The notes under the pieces are model-generated. The model saw nothing but the letters and a program-made list of their open reading frames with translations. It was not told the DNA's origin and did no database searches. Of a DNA stretch of 36,831 nucleotides, positions 33,668 through 36,831 are shown one piece after another. Positions within the stretch are counted from its first letter, which is position 1; each line of letters starts with the position of its first letter. Both the position numbers and the translations under genes were made by a program. The DNA lies in contig LUCF01000004.1 in NCBI GenBank assembly GCA_001593845.1, positions 1-36,831 of the forward strand, given 5' to 3'. Source of the DNA: Candidatus Bathyarchaeota archaeon B63. GTDB taxonomy: Archaea; Thermoproteota; Bathyarchaeia; Bathyarchaeales; DTEX01.

Positions 33668-34774
33668 TTATTTGATCCCGTATTCCCTGATGATCCCGCC
33701 GACCATCCGGACCTTCTCGATGCTTCCATCAGGCGGCAGCATATCTGAGATTCCGACTATGATGTTCGGGCTGAAGGTATCGAGGAGCCTAATCACGAAT
33801 CTTCTCAGCTCACCATCGCTGATGTGGGGTAGGAAATGAGTCGCAGGTATCCCATCTATCAGGACCTTACCTCTAAGGGCCTCCTTGAGCTCCTCCAGCG
33901 TCACGTTCCCCTGCGGGATGGGAGGAACGCATTCCAAGGCGTCTAGGCCGGTCTCCGGGAAGTATGGTAGGAGCCTCTTTATCTTCCCGTCCCAGTGTGA
34001 AGTGCAGTACTTCCCAGCTTGATGGAGCTCCCTCGTCCTCCGCTTATAGTATGGGATCATGTACTTCTCGAATAGGGGAGGGGAGCATAAGCCCTCATCG
34101 ATGTTGTCGCCGAAGTTAACAATCCTGAACGGCGTCTTCCTTATCAAGGCGAACCTCTCATCATCATTCTCATCGAAGACCATGAGGAGATCCTCGACCT
34201 CCTTTCTATGCTTCCAGAGGGCGATCACCCCCCTCTGAAATCCCATGTAGACTATGAAGAACCTCTGGATTGAGCCCCACGGAACTGTGATTAACGGTTC
34301 AGAACGTTCTCCGAGAAGCCTCTCCATCTCGTCATAAAGGTCCTTATCGAAGATGAAGCTCTGGTTTCTCAGTATGTACTTGAGCACCTCGAAGTCCCTG
34401 ACGCCCTTCAAGAAGTAACTGATTCTTAGGCTCGCGGTTCCATACTCGGTTCTCCTCTCGATCTGCGTTAGGCTTCCCTTCGGGGTCACATACTTCGTGT
34501 AGATGTAGCTCTCATCCACCTTCCTCTGGAGCTTAACCCCTTCCCCCTCGACAACCTTCACTGTATCATTAAAATAATGGTAGGCGCGGGGGGAGGCATC
34601 CAGATCATCATATATCGCCAGTAGATCAAAGCCTTCATACTCCCTGGGGAGGGTGCCCCTCGCCTTATTCACGTCGTACCAGTGGTGAAGCCTCGGCTGC
34701 CACAGCAGACGGTCCGGCCTTCTATGCTCGAAGACCGCCATTGTCCGCTCCCGGTTATTCATGCCCTCCATCAC
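33668..34774 (-). CDS. uroporphyrinogen decarboxylase (URO-D) family protein, second paralogue in the window
   Basis: 368 aa. NNRERTMAVFEHRRPDRLLW at the N-terminus. TSHWDGKIKRLLPYFPETGLDALECVPP parallels HTDGYIEPIIEDLVKTGINGLHSIEP of 18642-19775. It lies 34 nt upstream of the BNR gene. Confidence 0.7.
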   Translation of the reverse strand: MMEGMNNRERTMAVFEHRRPDRLLWQPRLHHWYDVNKARGTLPREYEGFDLLAIYDDLDASPRAYHYFNDTVKVVEGEGVKLQRKVDESYIYTKYVTPKGSLTQIERRTEYGTASLRISYFLKGVRDFEVLKYILRNQSFIFDKDLYDEMERLLGERSEPLITVPWGSIQRFFIVYMGFQRGVIALWKHRKEVEDLLMVFDENDDERFALIRKTPFRIVNFGDNIDEGLCSPPLFEKYMIPYYKRRTRELHQAGKYCTSHWDGKIKRLLPYFPETGLDALECVPPIPQGNVTLEELKEALRGKVLIDGIPATHFLPHISDGELRRFVIRLLDTFSPNIIVGISDMLPPDGSIEKVRMVGGIIREYGIK

Positions 34775-34815
34775 GTCGAGTTCCGAGTTGAGGTTTTAAG
34801 GAGCTAATTACTAAC

Positions 34816-34844
34816 TTATATATGGAAACCATTTATCAATTGAT
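34816..34844 (+). promoter_or_regulatory. ino1 promoter: TATA box plus a 10-bp palindrome over the predicted transcription start
   Basis: TTATATAT at 34816-34823. The perfect palindrome ATCAATTGAT at 34835-34844 ends 3 nt before the TTG start (34848), so the mRNA would be essentially leaderless. Confidence 0.45.
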
Positions 34845-34847
34845 AGG

Positions 34848-35918
34848 TTGGTGAACCGTTTGCCTAAGATCCGGGTCGGCCTAGTAGGCGTGGGGAACTG
34901 CGCCTGTGCATTGGTGCAGGGCGTCGAATATTATAAGAACATCAGGAGCGAGGAGGAATGCGTAGGCCTGAGGCACCTGTACGTCGGTAAGTATCATCCC
35001 AGCGATATAGAGTTTGTCTGCGCATTCGACGTGACGGCTGGGAAGGTTGGGAAGGACCTCTCCGAGGCGATCTTCGAAAGGCCGAATAATACGCTGAGGT
35101 TCGCTGAGGTTCCCAAACTCGACGTTGAGGTTCTGAGGGGGCCTCTCCTCGACGGCATGAGCAAGTACGCCGGAGAGGTAGCTGAGGTAGACGATTCGCC
35201 TGAGGTTGATGTGGCCCAGAGCCTTAAAGAGAGCGGGGCCGAGGTCGTCGTCAACCTCCTTCCAAGCGGGGCTTCAGAAGCATCACTCAGATACGCCGAG
35301 GAATCCCTCAAGGCGGGTTGCGCATTCATTAATGCTACTCCGAACCTGATCGCGAGCGAGAGTTCATGGGCTGAACGATACGCGGAGGCTGGGCTTCCCA
35401 TAGTCGGCGATGACCTCACAGATCAGGTGGGAGCAACGTTCCTCCATAAGGTCCTGCTTGAGACCCTGAATAGACGGGGGGTTAAGGTCTCGAGGACCTA
35501 TCAGCTCGATGTTGGAGGGGGAACGGAGTCTGCTGATACGCTCAGCCGAGCTTGGGAAGTGAAACGTAGAATAAAGACGAAGTCGGTTATGTCCGTTCTG
35601 CCGTATGAAGCGGAGGTTGTCGCCGGGTCAACGGACTTCGTCGAGTTCTTGAAGAACAGCCGGGACAGCTACTTCCGTCTTGAAGGCCTGTACTTCGGCG
35701 GGGTCCCATTCAGCATGGATATAAAGCTCCAAACGGTTGACGCTCCCAATGCAGGCTCAGTTCTCCTCGACGTGATCCGCGGGGTCAAGATCGCCCTCGA
35801 GAGGGGAGACGCTGGACATGTCCTCCCAATATCAGCCTACGCCTTCAAGCATCCCGCCAAGATCCTACCGCTCCTCGAGGCGGATGAGCTATTCGAGAAG
35901 TACATAACTGAAGCTTGA
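34848..35918 (+). CDS. ino1: myo-inositol-1-phosphate synthase, short archaeal/bacterial type
   Basis: 356 aa. RVGLVGVGNCACALVQGVEYYK NAD-binding N-terminus, and PIVGDDLTDQVGAT. Size and motifs fit archaeal MIPS. Confidence 0.85.
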   Translation: MVNRLPKIRVGLVGVGNCACALVQGVEYYKNIRSEEECVGLRHLYVGKYHPSDIEFVCAFDVTAGKVGKDLSEAIFERPNNTLRFAEVPKLDVEVLRGPLLDGMSKYAGEVAEVDDSPEVDVAQSLKESGAEVVVNLLPSGASEASLRYAEESLKAGCAFINATPNLIASESSWAERYAEAGLPIVGDDLTDQVGATFLHKVLLETLNRRGVKVSRTYQLDVGGGTESADTLSRAWEVKRRIKTKSVMSVLPYEAEVVAGSTDFVEFLKNSRDSYFRLEGLYFGGVPFSMDIKLQTVDAPNAGSVLLDVIRGVKIALERGDAGHVLPISAYAFKHPAKILPLLEADELFEKYITEA

Positions 35919-36018
35919 AGCTTCATTCCCCTCCAGTAAGGATTGAACGTCCCCCGGGAAGGGGCATCCCACAATTTCCCGCCGAGGCTATCAAAATGAC
36001 GTGTGATGATGGTGATTC

Positions 36019-36831
36019 GTGAGTCCCCCGAAACGGCGCGTCGGGATATCCATAGCGATCCCCGCGTCCCTCGTATCCGACGTCCCCCACCTCCGGGAGA
36101 AGACGCTCAGGATAGGCATGATCGGCCGGGCGCTCGCCATCTTCCGCGTAGACGAGGTAATAGTATATCCAGACATCCCAGGCAGAGATCAGAGGAGAGA
36201 CGCCTCGCTGATCAGGGCCATCCTCTCATATATGGAGACCCCTCAGTACCTTAGACGGCGGCTCTTCAAGATCAGGCCTGAGCTCCGCTTCGTAGGCATC
36301 CTCCCACCCCTCAGAACCCCCCATCATCCAACGGAAAACAGGGAGAGGCAACTAAGGATCGGGGAGTATAGGGAGGGGGCCGTCATATCCTCAGATGAGG
36401 GAGGCGCCTACGTCGATATAGGCGTAGAAAGGCCTATCTTCATGCCCAACGCCGAACTGAAGACAGGCTCAAGAGTCACAGTCAAGATAAAGAAGAAGGG
36501 GAAACTCCTCATCGGAGAAATAGCGGACCCAGAGGAACTCGAGGTTTACTGGGGATACAAAGTCAAGATCTCAGGTTACCCGCTCAGCAATCTGCTCAGG
36601 GACCCGAGATACAGCCTCGTAATCGCCACCTCCCGACGCGGCGTCCCCATCATGAAGCTCGCGGATGAGATGATGGATAACTGGAGAAGCGCGAGGCGGG
36701 TGCTCATCGCCTTCGGCTCGCCGACCCAGGGGCTCCACGAGATCATCGCCCAAGAAGGCATCGAACTCGAAACCTTGACGAACTTCATCGTGAATACCGT
36801 TCCAAACCAGGGAGTTAAGACTATCCGAACA
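36019..36831 (+). CDS. SPOUT-superfamily putative RNA methyltransferase (DUF171 / COG2106-like), 3'-truncated by the window end
   Basis: It is absent from the ORF track because it has no stop in the window. GTG 36019 follows an in-frame TGA at 36013-36015. The frame reads MSPPKRRVGISIAIPASLVSDVPHLREKTLRIGMIGRALAIFRVDEVIVY...LVIATSRRGVPI...RVLIAFGSPTQGLHEI and stays open for 271 codons to 36831. The track ORF 36003-36254 is in another frame and looks spurious. Confidence 0.6.
   Translation, partial: MSPPKRRVGISIAIPASLVSDVPHLREKTLRIGMIGRALAIFRVDEVIVYPDIPGRDQRRDASLIRAILSYMETPQYLRRRLFKIRPELRFVGILPPLRTPHHPTENRERQLRIGEYREGAVISSDEGGAYVDIGVERPIFMPNAELKTGSRVTVKIKKKGKLLIGEIADPEELEVYWGYKVKISGYPLSNLLRDPRYSLVIATSRRGVPIMKLADEMMDNWRSARRVLIAFGSPTQGLHEIIAQEGIELETLTNFIVNTVPNQGVKTIRT

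Noticed and set aside
36003-36254. An 83-aa track ORF (MMMVIRESPETARRD...).
   Set aside because: It is Arg/Pro-rich nonsense. A different frame starting at GTG 36019 encodes a recognisable SPOUT/DUF171 protein and stays open to the window end.
1-36831. A search for CRISPR arrays, tRNA/rRNA genes, integrases, transposases and long terminal or direct repeats bounding the 27-32.6 kb locus.
   Set aside because: None was recognised by eye. Codon usage of the locus genes resembles the rest of the window, so I do not call it a mobile element or genomic island.

Overview
This is a 36.8-kb GC-rich segment. It reads as the chromosome of a thermophilic archaeon, probably TACK/Thermoproteota-like. Support: A/T-rich TATA boxes about 20-35 nt upstream of many starts, oligo-T terminators, frequent TTG/GTG starts, and archaeal marker genes (Trm1, short archaeal myo-inositol-1-phosphate synthase, NurA/HerA, TET/M42 peptidase, Lrp/FFRP regulators, Tes-like radical SAM enzyme).

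I support about 34 protein genes. I could not recognise any rRNA, tRNA, CRISPR array, transposase or integrase.

Most of the window is housekeeping:
- A minus-strand string glnA, two stand-alone RAM-domain genes and an HMGL-type synthase, divergent from an Lrp/AsnC regulator.
- NAD metabolism: nadE, nadX, nadC.
- H+-pyrophosphatase, Trm1, an aminotransferase and an M42 peptidase.
- Sugar/inositol-type enzymes, two URO-D-like paralogues and a RACo-like ASKHA/ferredoxin protein.

The part that does not look ordinary is 27.2-32.6 kb:
- A tightly coupled nurA-herA-like operon with no mre11/rad50 nearby. herA is broken by one frameshift in a C4 run.
- It shares a palindrome-rich divergent promoter with a two-gene operon: a small protein with a beta-hairpin/helix module plus a winged helix, and a DUF523/TudS-like Fe-S protein.
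- Convergent with that is a translationally abutted pair of two more paralogues of the same small winged-helix protein.
- Next comes a 600-nt A/T-rich ORF-poor region with an orphan TATA box flanked by twin AATGCGCA boxes.

I flag this locus as the best candidate for an undescribed system, but its function cannot be read from sequence alone.

Secondary oddities:
- A 331-aa protein made of two tandem copies of an unknown domain, next to an orphan PqqD/RRE-like gene.
- nadX has no usable start codon in frame.
- A PIN-domain remnant.
- A phased ATTGAA repeat array in the glnA/lrp control region.

All homology calls are from motif recognition by eye. No database search was run.
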